Positions 1 through 9,189 of a DNA stretch of 64,000 nt are shown in pieces. The notes beneath the pieces were generated by a model. That model made no database searches. It was not told the origin of the DNA and saw nothing but the letters and a program-made list of their open reading frames with translations. Source of the stretch: Thermoplasmatota archaeon. GTDB taxonomy: Archaea > Thermoplasmatota > Thermoplasmata > UBA10834. The stretch is taken from NCBI GenBank assembly GCA_040751795.1, contig JBFMHR010000004.1:128001-192000 (forward strand), read 5' to 3'. The position numbers and the translations under genes are program-made. The stretch's first letter is position 1; every line of letters starts with the position of its first letter.

Positions 1-1
1 G

Positions 2-556
2 TTCGTGAACGAGACCTACGACAAGGTCTGGTACGCGACGAAGGGCCCGGTTGCGACCGTGGCTGACTGGTCCGACGACCTCGTCCTCCACCAGTGGAAG
101 GCGGGGCAGCAGGTCAGGACCGAGGTCATCCTGAAGGTGCCGGGGATCGAGTCGTCCGTGTACACCATCAGGGCGCACTTCACCATCGAGCACGTGGCCG
201 ACGCCGCGGGCCTGGTGGTGCTGCACGGGGTGTACGACGGGAACGTCTCCGAGGGCCTGTACGCCGACGGCCCGACCGACGCCTACACGGCTGAGGTCAA
301 CCAGCTGGGCATGCTCCTGTTCGGGTACAACTGGGACACGAAGCACGTGGACACCGAGAAGGGCTTCTACAAGCTCACCTTCAGCATCGAGACCGACTGC
401 TGGGTCCCCGCTGCGTTCCCGTACGCCATCGAGGAGTGGTGCGGCCTGACGATCGTCGATGTCGAGGACTACGAGTACGTAGCGGAGGGCGCCGCCTACA
501 CGACCGCCATGACGCACGACTCGCTGTCGACGTCGATAGTCATCCAGCTGCTCTGA
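2..556 (+). CDS. Hypothetical protein, 5'-truncated by the window edge
   Basis: Frame is open from the window start, with strong GC3 codon bias; acidic, beta-rich sequence; no family recognised. Confidence 0.7.
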   Translation, partial: FVNETYDKVWYATKGPVATVADWSDDLVLHQWKAGQQVRTEVILKVPGIESSVYTIRAHFTIEHVADAAGLVVLHGVYDGNVSEGLYADGPTDAYTAEVNQLGMLLFGYNWDTKHVDTEKGFYKLTFSIETDCWVPAAFPYAIEEWCGLTIVDVEDYEYVAEGAAYTTAMTHDSLSTSIVIQLL

Positions 557-590
557 GCCAGACGCCCGCGGAAAGCAGAGAAACATGAAA

Positions 591-640
591 GGACAGGCGC
601 CGTCGGGGCGCTGTCCCAAACTCCTTAATTTTCCTCTCTG
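591..640. terminator. Hairpin plus pyrimidine tract between convergent genes
   Basis: GGACAG-GCGC...GGCG-CTGTCC stem (591-616) followed by CAAACTCCTTAATTTTCCTCTCT. Confidence 0.45.
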
Positions 641-648
641 GGCGCTTC

Positions 649-1020
649 TCAGTGCTTCTTGCAGATGTCGCAGCCGCTGAGGTTCGCCGAGATCCTGTGG
701 AGCCTGCAGAACCGCTCGTCGGCCCTTATCTCGTTGCAGGCCTTGCAGAGGACCCCGTACCACTGGTACTTCGACTCCCCGGCGACGATCCTCTTCGATA
801 TCTCGTCAGCGTACTTGATGATCTGGGGGAAGTCCTCTAACAACTTCGTGCTCCCCCCCCTCGTCGCGCTCAGATACTGGCTCACGGACGCCTGGGTGAT
901 GCCGAGTTTCTTGGCGATGTCGGACTGCTTCATCCGGTACCTGCTCGATAGCTCCCTTACCACCGACGCCCGCAGCGTCGGCAATATCTTCCCGACCACT
1001 AGTTCGCATGGTGTCTTCAT
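649..1020 (-). CDS. Archaeal HTH transcriptional regulator with C-terminal Cys cluster
   Basis: MKTPCE..ILPTLR start, HTH QSDIAKKLGITQASVSQY, C-terminal CxxC..C..CDIC. Confidence 0.8.
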   Translation of the reverse strand: MKTPCELVVGKILPTLRASVVRELSSRYRMKQSDIAKKLGITQASVSQYLSATRGGSTKLLEDFPQIIKYADEISKRIVAGESKYQWYGVLCKACNEIRADERFCRLHRISANLSGCDICKKH

Positions 1021-1133
1021 TTAATACACCGCTACAATGTTCGTGCCCTCGTCTATCAGGCCGTTAATTCCCCTATACCGAGCCTGAAAGGGGGAACGCG
1101 ATATAAACCTATCAATCGTCAGTCAGGAGGGCG

Positions 1134-1204
1134 GGCCGGGGAGGAGATTTGAACTCCTGTCTGCGGATCTGCAGTCCGCCACATGGCCGCTCTGTCACCC
1201 CGGC
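1134..1204 (-). tRNA. tRNA-Cys(GCA), no encoded CCA
   Basis: Cloverleaf: acceptor GCCGGGG/CCCCGGC, anticodon stem GCGGA/TCCGC with loop CT-GCA-GA, T arm AGGAG-TTCAAAT-CTCCT. Confidence 0.93.
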
Positions 1205-1330
1205 GCAGCCAGCCGATTATGCTCCCCCGCCTCTTTATTGTTTGCCCGAGTTGGGCCGAACGTTGGGCGAATCACCGCTAGCCGCCCCATCCTGGAACAG
1301 ACTAAATAGTCAGCACTTGATTTTGCCGCC

Positions 1331-2536
1331 GTGAGGTTCTCGGCCGTCAGCCCCTACAACGCCGCCTCGAAGGCGCCACTGCCGGAGAGGATACTGGTCT
1401 ACGACAGCACCCTCAGGGACGGGGAGCAGATGCCCGGGGTCCACTTCACCCTGGAGCAGAAGGTGTCCATCGCCAGGAAGCTGGACGAGGTCGGGGTGCA
1501 CCAGATAGAGGCGGGCTTCCCGGCGGTCTCGGAAGCCGAGAAGGACGCTGTCAAGAGGGTCGCGTCCATGGGCCTGGACGCGGACATACTCTGCCTGTCC
1601 CGGGCCCTGGAGCAGGACATCGACGCGGCCATCGACTGCGACGTCGACATGGTCCTCCTCTTCATCGCCACGAGCGACCTCCACCTCAGGTACAAGCTCA
1701 AGATGTCGAGGGAGCAGGTCCTCTATAAGGCCGTCAAGGCGGTCGAGTACGCCCACGCCCACGGGCTGAAGGCCAGCATGAGCTCGGAGGACAGCACCAG
1801 GTCCGACATCCAGGTCATGGCCGAGATGTTCGGGAGGTGCGAGGAGGCCGGCGCGGCCAGGCTGGGGATAACCGACACCCTCGGCTGCGGAGGGCCGGAG
1901 TCCATACGCCACGTCGTCTCGAGGCTGAGGGGGGCGACCAGCCTCCCGTTGTCGGCCCACCTCCACAACGACTTCGGCCTCGCGACGGCCAACTCAATCG
2001 CCGCGCTGGCCGGCGGGGCGGAGGCGATCGCCACCACCGTCGGCGGCATAGGGGAGCGGGCCGGCAACGTCTCCCTCGAGCAGTTCGTCATGGCGCTCAA
2101 ACACCTCTACAAGAGGGACATCGGCGTGAGGACCGAGGGCCTCACGGACCTCACCAGGACAGTGTTCGAGGCGGCGAGGCTCCCGGTCCCGGCCAACCAG
2201 CCATGGGTGGGGCCCAACGCATTCTCCCACGAGTCCGGGATCCACGTGGCGGCCGTGCTGAGCTGCCCCATGACCTACGAGTGCGTCGACCCGGAGGAGG
2301 TCGGGAACAGGAGGAGGCTCGTCCTGGGGAAGCACTCGGGCACCCACATAGTGAAGAGCCGCCTGGACGAGAAGGGCGTCACGGCCACGCAGGAGCAGAT
2401 ATGCGACATGGTCCGCGCCATCAAGCGGGCCGGCGAGGCGCGCGGAAGGGTCTCCGACGACGAGTTCTGGTCCATAGTGAAGGATGTCATGGACAAGGGG
2501 CTGCCCAACCCGGACTGCGTTGAGAAGAAGGGTTGA
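1331..2536 (+). CDS. Homocitrate synthase / isopropylmalate synthase family (DRE-TIM) enzyme without C-terminal regulatory domain
   Basis: Motifs DSTLRDGEQ, HLHNDFG, GIGERAGN, HESGIH, LGKHSG; about 400 aa. Confidence 0.9.
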   Translation: MRFSAVSPYNAASKAPLPERILVYDSTLRDGEQMPGVHFTLEQKVSIARKLDEVGVHQIEAGFPAVSEAEKDAVKRVASMGLDADILCLSRALEQDIDAAIDCDVDMVLLFIATSDLHLRYKLKMSREQVLYKAVKAVEYAHAHGLKASMSSEDSTRSDIQVMAEMFGRCEEAGAARLGITDTLGCGGPESIRHVVSRLRGATSLPLSAHLHNDFGLATANSIAALAGGAEAIATTVGGIGERAGNVSLEQFVMALKHLYKRDIGVRTEGLTDLTRTVFEAARLPVPANQPWVGPNAFSHESGIHVAAVLSCPMTYECVDPEEVGNRRRLVLGKHSGTHIVKSRLDEKGVTATQEQICDMVRAIKRAGEARGRVSDDEFWSIVKDVMDKGLPNPDCVEKKG

Positions 2537-2596
2537 TCGGGCCCCGGCCGGGCCCGATGGTGTGGTGGGTTTGTAACGGGTTTGCGTACGCGCGAT

Positions 2597-2749
2597 TCAG
2601 ACCTTTCCGAAGGTCTTGGTCAGGTTCTTCTTCAGCCTGACCTGCCTCTGGCAGTTCGGGTATGTGCACGGGTTGCAGTGGTACTTGACCCTGCACGACG
2701 TCTCGATCTGCTCGTACTTCTGGTTCCATTGTGCGACGGTTTCTGGCAG
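2597..2749 (-). CDS. Small Cys-rich basic protein (50 aa) with probable CTG start; absent from the ORF track
   Basis: (M)PETVAQWNQKYEQIETSCRVKYHCNPCTYPNCQRQVRLKKNLTKTFGKV*; host-like GC3 bias; GAAGGGA just upstream; TTTTTAA box about 40 nt upstream; AAACCC x2 downstream. Confidence 0.65.
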   Translation of the reverse strand: MPETVAQWNQKYEQIETSCRVKYHCNPCTYPNCQRQVRLKKNLTKTFGKV

Positions 2750-2912
2750 TTTATCCCTTCTTGTGGACTGGCTTATCGCCAGGTGTTAAAAAGGGTTTCG
2801 CAGGTGAAACTCCGATGGTTGCCGGCCTTGCCCGGACCATCTGGCATGGCCGTTTTGAGGCCCGCCTAAATTCGAAAACCAGACCGCGCGTACGAAAACG
2901 GCACCGGACGGA

Positions 2913-3695
2913 TCAGATGCCGACCTTCCTGCCGGACCTGTCGAGCTTGGTCCTGCCGAGTTCGCTCAGACGTCCGAGCTCGGCGAGGTCGAAGACCGGC
3001 CCGTCCGTGCAGACGTGCCTCCCGTCGATGGCGCAGGAGTCGCACACCCCGATCCCGCACTTCATGATCCTCTCGACCGAGGCCTGCAGCGGGAGACCCT
3101 TCTCCCTGCACAGCGCCACGACGCCGACCAGCATCCTCTCCGGCCCGCAGGCGTACACCTGGTCGTACCGTCCCTTGGCGACGAGCTCCGCTGCGAGCTC
3201 GGTCGCGAGGCCCCTGCGGCCCCTGCTCCCGTCGTCCGTCGAGACATGGACCGCGGCGCCCGCGTCGGCGCACCTCCTCTCGAAGACCAGCTCCCCCGCC
3301 GAGCGCGCCCCAAGGACCAGGTCCACGGACGCGCCCTTCTCCACGGCGGACTCCACCAGCGGCGCCGTCGGCGCTATCCCGGCCCCTCCGGCCACCACCA
3401 GTATCCTCTGGCCCTTCAGCTCGAAGCCGCGCCCGAAGGGCCCCCTGATGCCGATGAGGCCCCCCTCCGCCACCCTGGAGAGCGCCCTGGTGCCCTCCCC
3501 GACCACCTGGTAGGTGACGCCGAACATCTCACCCATGTACGACAGGGACATCGGGAACTCGTCCACGCCCGGGACCCAGACCATCAGGAACTGCCCGGGC
3601 AGAGCCTCCATGGAGCCTCTGAAGCGCATGGTCTTGGTGGAGGCCGTCTCGGCCCTGTTCTCCGCCACCCTCAGCATCCTAATGCCTGGTGGCAT
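2913..3695 (-). CDS. pyrK: Dihydroorotate dehydrogenase electron transfer subunit
   Basis: PGQFLMVW, GPFGRGF, AGGAGIAP, ACGP and CGIGVCDSC..VC 2Fe-2S motif; overlaps the pyrD stop. Confidence 0.93.
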   Translation of the reverse strand: MPPGIRMLRVAENRAETASTKTMRFRGSMEALPGQFLMVWVPGVDEFPMSLSYMGEMFGVTYQVVGEGTRALSRVAEGGLIGIRGPFGRGFELKGQRILVVAGGAGIAPTAPLVESAVEKGASVDLVLGARSAGELVFERRCADAGAAVHVSTDDGSRGRRGLATELAAELVAKGRYDQVYACGPERMLVGVVALCREKGLPLQASVERIMKCGIGVCDSCAIDGRHVCTDGPVFDLAELGRLSELGRTKLDRSGRKVGI

Positions 3696-4596
3696 GAGCC
3701 GCACCCACCATGTCGCCCACCTTGGCGTAACCGTGCTCGTCCATGAACCCGGAGACCTCGTCGCATATCGTCCTGAAGACGCCCGGGCCGCGGGTCCAGA
3801 CGGCGGTGCCGACCTGCACCGCGCTGGCGCCCGCCATTATGTACTCGAGGGCGTCCCTGCCGCAGGAGATGCCCCCCACTCCCACGACAGGTATCTCCAC
3901 CGAGTCGTGTATCTCGTAGACGCACCTGACCCCCACGGGCCTTATCGCCGGGCCGGAGAGCCCGCCGAACCTGTTGGCCAGGATGGGCATCCGCGCCTCG
4001 GGGGATATGGCCATGCCCTTGAGCGTGTTGATCGCAACCACCGCGTCCGCCCCGCCCTCCTCCGCCGCCCTGGCGAGGCCGGCGATCGACGACGTGTTCG
4101 GCGTCAGCTTGGCGAAGAGCGGGACCTTGAGCCGGTCCTTGGCGGCCCCGCACGCGCGCCTCACGTCCTCGGGGGTGGAGCCGAGCTCGGTCCCCAGCCC
4201 CTTCGCGTGGGGGCAGCTCAGGTTCAACTCCACCGCATCGGCCCCCGCGCCCGCCATCAGGGCGGCGACCTCGGCCAGCTCCTCCGGCGTCCCGCCTATG
4301 ACGCTGCCTACGACCGTCGCGCCCTCCCTCTTGACGGCCGCGACCTCGTGCGAGAAGTACTCGATGCCCGGGTTGGGCAGGCCCATCGCGTTGAGGAGCC
4401 CGACGTCCAGCTCGACGACGCACGGGTTGGAGTGCCCCTCCCTGGGAGAAATGCCGACGGACTTGGTGACCACGGCGCCGGCCCCCGCCCGCGCGACCTC
4501 CACCATGGTCCTGGCCGTCTCGTCGAGGACGCCCGAAGCGAGCATTGTGGGGTTCCGAAGCCTGAGACCGCACAGCTCCACGCCTAGTTCCGCCAT
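3679..4596 (-). CDS. pyrD: Dihydroorotate dehydrogenase, family 1B catalytic subunit
   Basis: NPTMLASG, LLNAMGLPNPG, ELNLSCPH, KLTPN, GGLSG, GVGGI. Confidence 0.95.
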   Translation of the reverse strand: MAELGVELCGLRLRNPTMLASGVLDETARTMVEVARAGAGAVVTKSVGISPREGHSNPCVVELDVGLLNAMGLPNPGIEYFSHEVAAVKREGATVVGSVIGGTPEELAEVAALMAGAGADAVELNLSCPHAKGLGTELGSTPEDVRRACGAAKDRLKVPLFAKLTPNTSSIAGLARAAEEGGADAVVAINTLKGMAISPEARMPILANRFGGLSGPAIRPVGVRCVYEIHDSVEIPVVGVGGISCGRDALEYIMAGASAVQVGTAVWTRGPGVFRTICDEVSGFMDEHGYAKVGDMVGAAHATRH

Positions 4597-4657
4597 GGGC
4601 GTCGCTTCTGATACCCCGTCGTCATAGAAGTACTTTGCTGGGCCCTGCGGTCGCTCG

Positions 4658-5035
4658 TCAGGCCTTCGCGGCCCTCTTGGCCTCGTAGTCCTTGATGGCC
4701 TCCCTGAGCGCGTCCGCGGCCAGGTTGGAGCAGTGCATCTTCTGCGGGGGCAGGCCGTCCAGGGAGGTCGCCACGTCGGCCCTGGAGATCTTCTTCGCCT
4801 CGTCGAGGGTCTTCCCCTTGGCCATCTCGGTGATCATCGAGCTGGTGGCGATGGCCGCGCCGCACCCGAAGGTCTTGAACTTGATGTCGGTTATGATGCC
4901 GTCCTTGACCTTGATGTACAGCCACATAACGTCCCCGCACTGGGGGTTCCCCACCTTGCCTATCCCGTCGGCGTCCGGTATCTCCCCGACGTTCCTCGGG
5001 TTGGCGAAGTGGTCCATCACCTTCTCACTGTACAC
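4658..5035 (-). CDS. iscU: Fe-S cluster scaffold protein IscU/NifU
   Basis: YSEKVMDHFANPRNVG, GNPQCGD, FGCGAAIA, LPPQKMHCS. Confidence 0.96.
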   Translation of the reverse strand: MYSEKVMDHFANPRNVGEIPDADGIGKVGNPQCGDVMWLYIKVKDGIITDIKFKTFGCGAAIATSSMITEMAKGKTLDEAKKISRADVATSLDGLPPQKMHCSNLAADALREAIKDYEAKRAAKA

Positions 5036-6236
5036 AGCTGCCGCCCTCCCCGCCCGCGCCCCTCGCCTCGTTGAAGGGGGATATCTCCCTCAGCCGCGAG
5101 ACGATGCCGGGCAGTACAGCGAGGAAATGGTCTACGTCCTCATAGGTGTTTTCCCTTCCCAGCGTGAGGCGCAGGTTCCCGTGCGCCTGCTCGTGGCTGA
5201 GCCCGAGGGCCATCAGGACGTGCGAGGGCTCCAGGGAGCCAGTGGAGCAGGCCGAGCCGGTGGACACGGCCACCCCCTTCATATCGAGCTGGAGCATGAG
5301 CGCCTCCCCCTCGATGAAGTCGAACCTGAAGTTGACGTTGTTGACCAGCCTCCGCGCCCTGTGGCCGTTGAGGTAGGCCCTCGGGACCAGTTCGGGGACC
5401 CGCTGGATGATCCTGTCCCTCATGCCGCGCATGGCGGCCGTCGTGGAGTCGAAGTCCCGCCTGGCTATCTCGGCCGCCTTGCCCAGGCCGACTATCCCCG
5501 GGACGTTCTCGGTCGAGGACCTGAGGCCCCGCTCGTGCCCTCCCCCGTGGATCTGAGGGTCGACCTTGGTGCCCTTGCGGACGTAGAGCGCGCCGATGCC
5601 CTTGGGGCCGTGGAACTTGTGCGCCGACAGGGCGAGGAGGTCGATGTTGTCCCTCCTGACATCTATCGCCATCTTCCCTATGGCCTGGACCGCGTCCGTG
5701 TGGAACGGTATCCCCCTGGACTGGGCGATGGCGCCTATCTCCCTGATCGGCTGGACGGTGCCGATCTCGTTGTTCGCGGCCATGACCGACACCAGCACGG
5801 TGTCGTCCCGGATCGCCCTCTCCGCCTCGCCCACGTCCACGATGCCCTCGCCCGACACCGGGAGCACCGTGACCTCGAAGCCCAGCCGCTTCAGGTGCGC
5901 GCAAGACTCGAGGACCGCGTGGTGCTCGATGCATGTGGTGACTATGTGCCCCTTCGACCGCCCCTTGTACGCGGCGACCCCCTTGACGGCGAGGTTGTCC
6001 GCCTCCGTCCCGCCCGAGGTGAAGACGATCTCCCCAGGCTCGGCGTTTATGAGGGCAGCGAGGTGCTTCCTCGCGTGCTCCATGGACGCCCTCGCCTCGC
6101 GCCCGAACGAGTGGAGGCTCGACGCGTTCCCGAACCTCTCGGTGTAGAATGGCGCCATCGCCTCGAAGACCTCGGGGAGGACCCTCGACGTGGCGCTGTG
6201 GTCGAAGTAGACCCGTCTCATGGGACTGGCGGTCAT
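5025..6236 (-). CDS. iscS: Cysteine desulfurase, group I (IscS/NifS)
   Basis: YFDHSAT, FTSGGTE, SAHKFHGPKG, STGSACS; coupled to iscU; true start may be 6221. Confidence 0.95.
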   Translation of the reverse strand: MTASPMRRVYFDHSATSRVLPEVFEAMAPFYTERFGNASSLHSFGREARASMEHARKHLAALINAEPGEIVFTSGGTEADNLAVKGVAAYKGRSKGHIVTTCIEHHAVLESCAHLKRLGFEVTVLPVSGEGIVDVGEAERAIRDDTVLVSVMAANNEIGTVQPIREIGAIAQSRGIPFHTDAVQAIGKMAIDVRRDNIDLLALSAHKFHGPKGIGALYVRKGTKVDPQIHGGGHERGLRSSTENVPGIVGLGKAAEIARRDFDSTTAAMRGMRDRIIQRVPELVPRAYLNGHRARRLVNNVNFRFDFIEGEALMLQLDMKGVAVSTGSACSTGSLEPSHVLMALGLSHEQAHGNLRLTLGRENTYEDVDHFLAVLPGIVSRLREISPFNEARGAGGEGGSCVQ

Positions 6237-6333
6237 GACAAGCGAGGGTGATGAGGGGCATTACCATTAAACTTGCCGTCGTGATGGGGCCGCCCCGGTG
6301 ATGGAAAGGACTTATACGGCCGATGGGCATGCG

Positions 6334-7572
6334 ATGCCGACCAGCATGGACGTCGAACGGGTGAGGCGGGACTTCCCTGTGCTCTCCAGGGAGGTCGACG
6401 GCAGGCCGATGGTGTACCTCGACAGCGCCTGCCAGACGCTCAGGCCGAGGCAGGTCATGGAGGCGATGTCGGAGTACTACGAGTCCTTCCCCGCATGCGC
6501 CGGCAGGAGCGTCCACAGGCTCGCGACCGAGGTGTCCCTGAGGTGCGACGACGTGAGGGCCAAGGCCGCCGCCTTCCTCGGGGCCGGGGACCCGTCAGAG
6601 GTCGCCTTCGTCAAGAACACGACCGAGGGCCTGAACACGGTGATACTGGGGCTCCCGTGGGCGAGCGGGGACGAGGTCGTCACCACCGACTACGAGCACA
6701 ACTCCGTCCACGTCCCGGTCCTCAGGGCCAGGGAGCTGCACGGCATAAGACACAGGGCCGTCCGGTCGACCGGCGAGCTTACCTTCGACCTGTCCGCCTT
6801 CGAGGAGGCGATGTCGAAGAAGGTGAGGCTGGTCGCGATGTGCCTGACCTCCAACGTCACCGGCCACACCCTCCCCGCGAGGGAGGTCGTGGACATAGCG
6901 CACTCGTACGGGGCGAAGGTCCTGTTCGACGCCGCCCAGGCCGCCCCCAGCATGGCGCTGGACGTCGGCAAGCTGGGCGTGGACTTCATGGCCGCGTCGG
7001 CCCACAAGATGCTGGGCCCGTCGGGCGTGGGCCTGTTCTTCGCCAGATCCGACTCCGTGGGCGACCTCCCCCCGATGATGTTCGGCGGGCACGGGGTGGC
7101 GGACACGACCCAGGCGTCGTTCAGCCTCCTTCCTCCTCCCGAGCGCTTCGAGACGGGCCTCCAGAACTACTCGGGGATAATCGGAACCGGGGCGGCCCTG
7201 GACTACCTCTCCTCGCTGGGCATGGACGAGGTGAGGGCCCACGAGGCCGCGCTCAACTCGCGCATCTCACGCGCGCTCAGGGGGGTGGAGGGCGTCGAGG
7301 TCATCGGACCGCCGGACCCGAACCTGAGGGGAGGGGTCTACAGCTTCAACGTCAGGGGCCTCTCCCCGCACGACGTCGCCATGATCCTCGACAACTCCAG
7401 GGGCATCATGATGCGCTCGGGGATGCACTGCTGCCACCCGCTCTTCCACAAGCTGGGCGTCGATGGGTGCGCGCGCGCGTCGGTGTACATATACAACACC
7501 GCGGCCGAGGCCGACATGTTCTCGGAGTCGGTCAGGGGCCTCGCCGACGGCTTCAAGGGGAGACGGAGCTGA
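6334..7572 (+). CDS. Cysteine desulfurase, group II (SufS/CsdA-like)
   Basis: VRRDFPVL, YLDSA, SAHKMLGPSG, RSGMHCC; CTTATA box at 6311. Confidence 0.88.
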   Translation: MPTSMDVERVRRDFPVLSREVDGRPMVYLDSACQTLRPRQVMEAMSEYYESFPACAGRSVHRLATEVSLRCDDVRAKAAAFLGAGDPSEVAFVKNTTEGLNTVILGLPWASGDEVVTTDYEHNSVHVPVLRARELHGIRHRAVRSTGELTFDLSAFEEAMSKKVRLVAMCLTSNVTGHTLPAREVVDIAHSYGAKVLFDAAQAAPSMALDVGKLGVDFMAASAHKMLGPSGVGLFFARSDSVGDLPPMMFGGHGVADTTQASFSLLPPPERFETGLQNYSGIIGTGAALDYLSSLGMDEVRAHEAALNSRISRALRGVEGVEVIGPPDPNLRGGVYSFNVRGLSPHDVAMILDNSRGIMMRSGMHCCHPLFHKLGVDGCARASVYIYNTAAEADMFSESVRGLADGFKGRRS

Positions 7573-8032
7573 CGGACGCGAAGAGCACGGGCTCCTCCGA
7601 ACCGTCCAAGGTGACCGTCACCATCCTGAGCGATAGCGTGTCCCCGGAACGAGCGGTCAGGACGGGGGAGGCCAGGTCGCGCTCGGCCAATTCCGTCGAG
7701 TTCAGGGGCAGTCCGTCCCACCCCCACGTGTGGGGAGGCGGATGGACCTCCGCGGACCGCGACTCCGTCCCGGACCTCGCGCAGGCGGCCCCGCCCCCCA
7801 CCGACAGCTCCACGGGCCCCCCCGACGGCAGCGACGGCACGGGCCACTCGAGGGAGCATTCGCCCCTCAGCTCGGCCAGGGACGACACGTCCCCCTGGAG
7901 GTCCGCCAGGATGCCGGCGAGGTCGCCGCCCGGGTCGGGCCCCGTTGAAGTGCTCACGATCTCCGAGAGGCACCCCGCGACGAGGAGCGCGCACACGGAC
8001 ATCGCGACCTTGGAGACCACGAAGTCCGTCAC
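7553..8032 (-). CDS. Pilin-associated / minor pilin-like membrane protein
   Basis: GTG start overlapping the upstream stop (GTGA); N-terminal hydrophobic segment; last gene of a 3-gene operon. Confidence 0.55.
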   Translation of the reverse strand: MTDFVVSKVAMSVCALLVAGCLSEIVSTSTGPDPGGDLAGILADLQGDVSSLAELRGECSLEWPVPSLPSGGPVELSVGGGAACARSGTESRSAEVHPPPHTWGWDGLPLNSTELAERDLASPVLTARSGDTLSLRMVTVTLDGSEEPVLFASVSSVSP

Positions 8033-8502
8033 GCCACCCCCGCCACGACTATGCACCCGTCCCCGGAGGCCTGCGCCTCCAGGCGCAGGGAGAACCTCTC
8101 CGACTCGACGACGAGAGCCTCGAGGGACGCGGAGCACAGGCTCACGGGCGGGTCGCTCGCCAGGCTGATCAGCCTCCCCCCGGACGAGAGCTCCAGCACG
8201 AGGGCGCTCGCATATGCCCCGCTGGGCGCGTCCCCGACGCGCAGCCTGAGCGCCCGGAGGCCCCCCTCGGAGGAGAGGTCGACGTCGACCGTGCGCGCCG
8301 CCCCCGGCCCCTGCATGGAGAGCATCTGGGCGACGTGCACGACCCTGTCCATCGCCAGCCTGGCCCTCGACACGAAGTCCCTGTCCTGGAGCGCCTCCAG
8401 GGCGCTCGCGGCCGGCGCTATGGACATCGCGGCGACGACCGCCACGATCAGAAGCCTCAGGGGGAACGACTCGAGCGCGGCCGCGTCCCTTCTCAGCCTC
8501 AT
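8029..8502 (-). CDS. Type IV pilin-like protein (class III signal peptide-like)
   Basis: MRLRRDAAA|LESFPLRLLIVAVVAAMS: basic leader then hydrophobic helix; resembles the N-terminus of the upstream gene. Confidence 0.6.
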   Translation of the reverse strand: MRLRRDAAALESFPLRLLIVAVVAAMSIAPAASALEALQDRDFVSRARLAMDRVVHVAQMLSMQGPGAARTVDVDLSSEGGLRALRLRVGDAPSGAYASALVLELSSGGRLISLASDPPVSLCSASLEALVVESERFSLRLEAQASGDGCIVVAGVA

Positions 8503-8507
8503 GGGGC

Positions 8508-8999
8508 TCAGTCCGGGACGACCGGGATCTCGTAGCTCGAGTCCACGCCGTAGTCGCCCTTGGCGACCGTGACGGTTATCGTGGAGAGGCCGGAGCCGAA
8601 CTGCTCGACGCACACCTCCTCGAACACGACCTGGCCGTTCTCGTTGGTGACCCCGCGAACGGGGTCCCCGGAGGCGGTCCTCACGTTAGCCCCCTCGAGC
8701 AGGACGGTGGCCCCGGCGAGCCTGTCCCCGTCCTGGTCGGTGACTATGACGCTCAGAGTCAGCCCGTCCCTCGTGTACAGCCCGTCGCCGTCCTCGTCGT
8801 GGACGAGTATCTCCCCCGGGGTCACGAAGACCTCCCCTATGGACTTGGGCGTCGATATCGAGCCCATCCAGCCCATGACTATCGTGAGGCCGAGCCCCGC
8901 GACCACGACCATTATCAGCAGCTGCAGCGGCAGCCCCTCTATCCCTCCGTCCACATCGCACCTGACAGACGCTCTTCCGCCCCTCTTCCTCATGCTCAC
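8508..8999 (-). CDS. Type IV pilin-like protein with Ig/carboxypeptidase-regulatory-like C-terminal domain
   Basis: ..DVDGG|IEGLPLQLLIMVVVAGLGLTIV, then VTDQDGDRLAGATV..TNENG. Confidence 0.65.
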   Translation of the reverse strand: MSMRKRGGRASVRCDVDGGIEGLPLQLLIMVVVAGLGLTIVMGWMGSISTPKSIGEVFVTPGEILVHDEDGDGLYTRDGLTLSVIVTDQDGDRLAGATVLLEGANVRTASGDPVRGVTNENGQVVFEEVCVEQFGSGLSTITVTVAKGDYGVDSSYEIPVVPD

Positions 9000-9189
9000 A
9001 CCCGCCTCGGCTCATCGGCGGCCATGTGAGGAAGGGGAGGGGTATTCTCCGATGCGGCTACATGCAGCCTAACTGCGCGCCAGTGGGGCTCGGACGGGCC
9101 CCGCCCGCGTGCGTTATCATGCCTGATATCCACGAAAGCACGTACTTATACGCTCGAGGGCGGTTGTTCCCTCATAAGGAGCTGCGAGG

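Noticed and set aside
2487-2729. 80-aa ORF MEPEVRAD from the ORF track
   Set aside because: Overlaps the convergent synthase gene and has poor codon bias; the shifted frame 2597-2749 fits host usage much better
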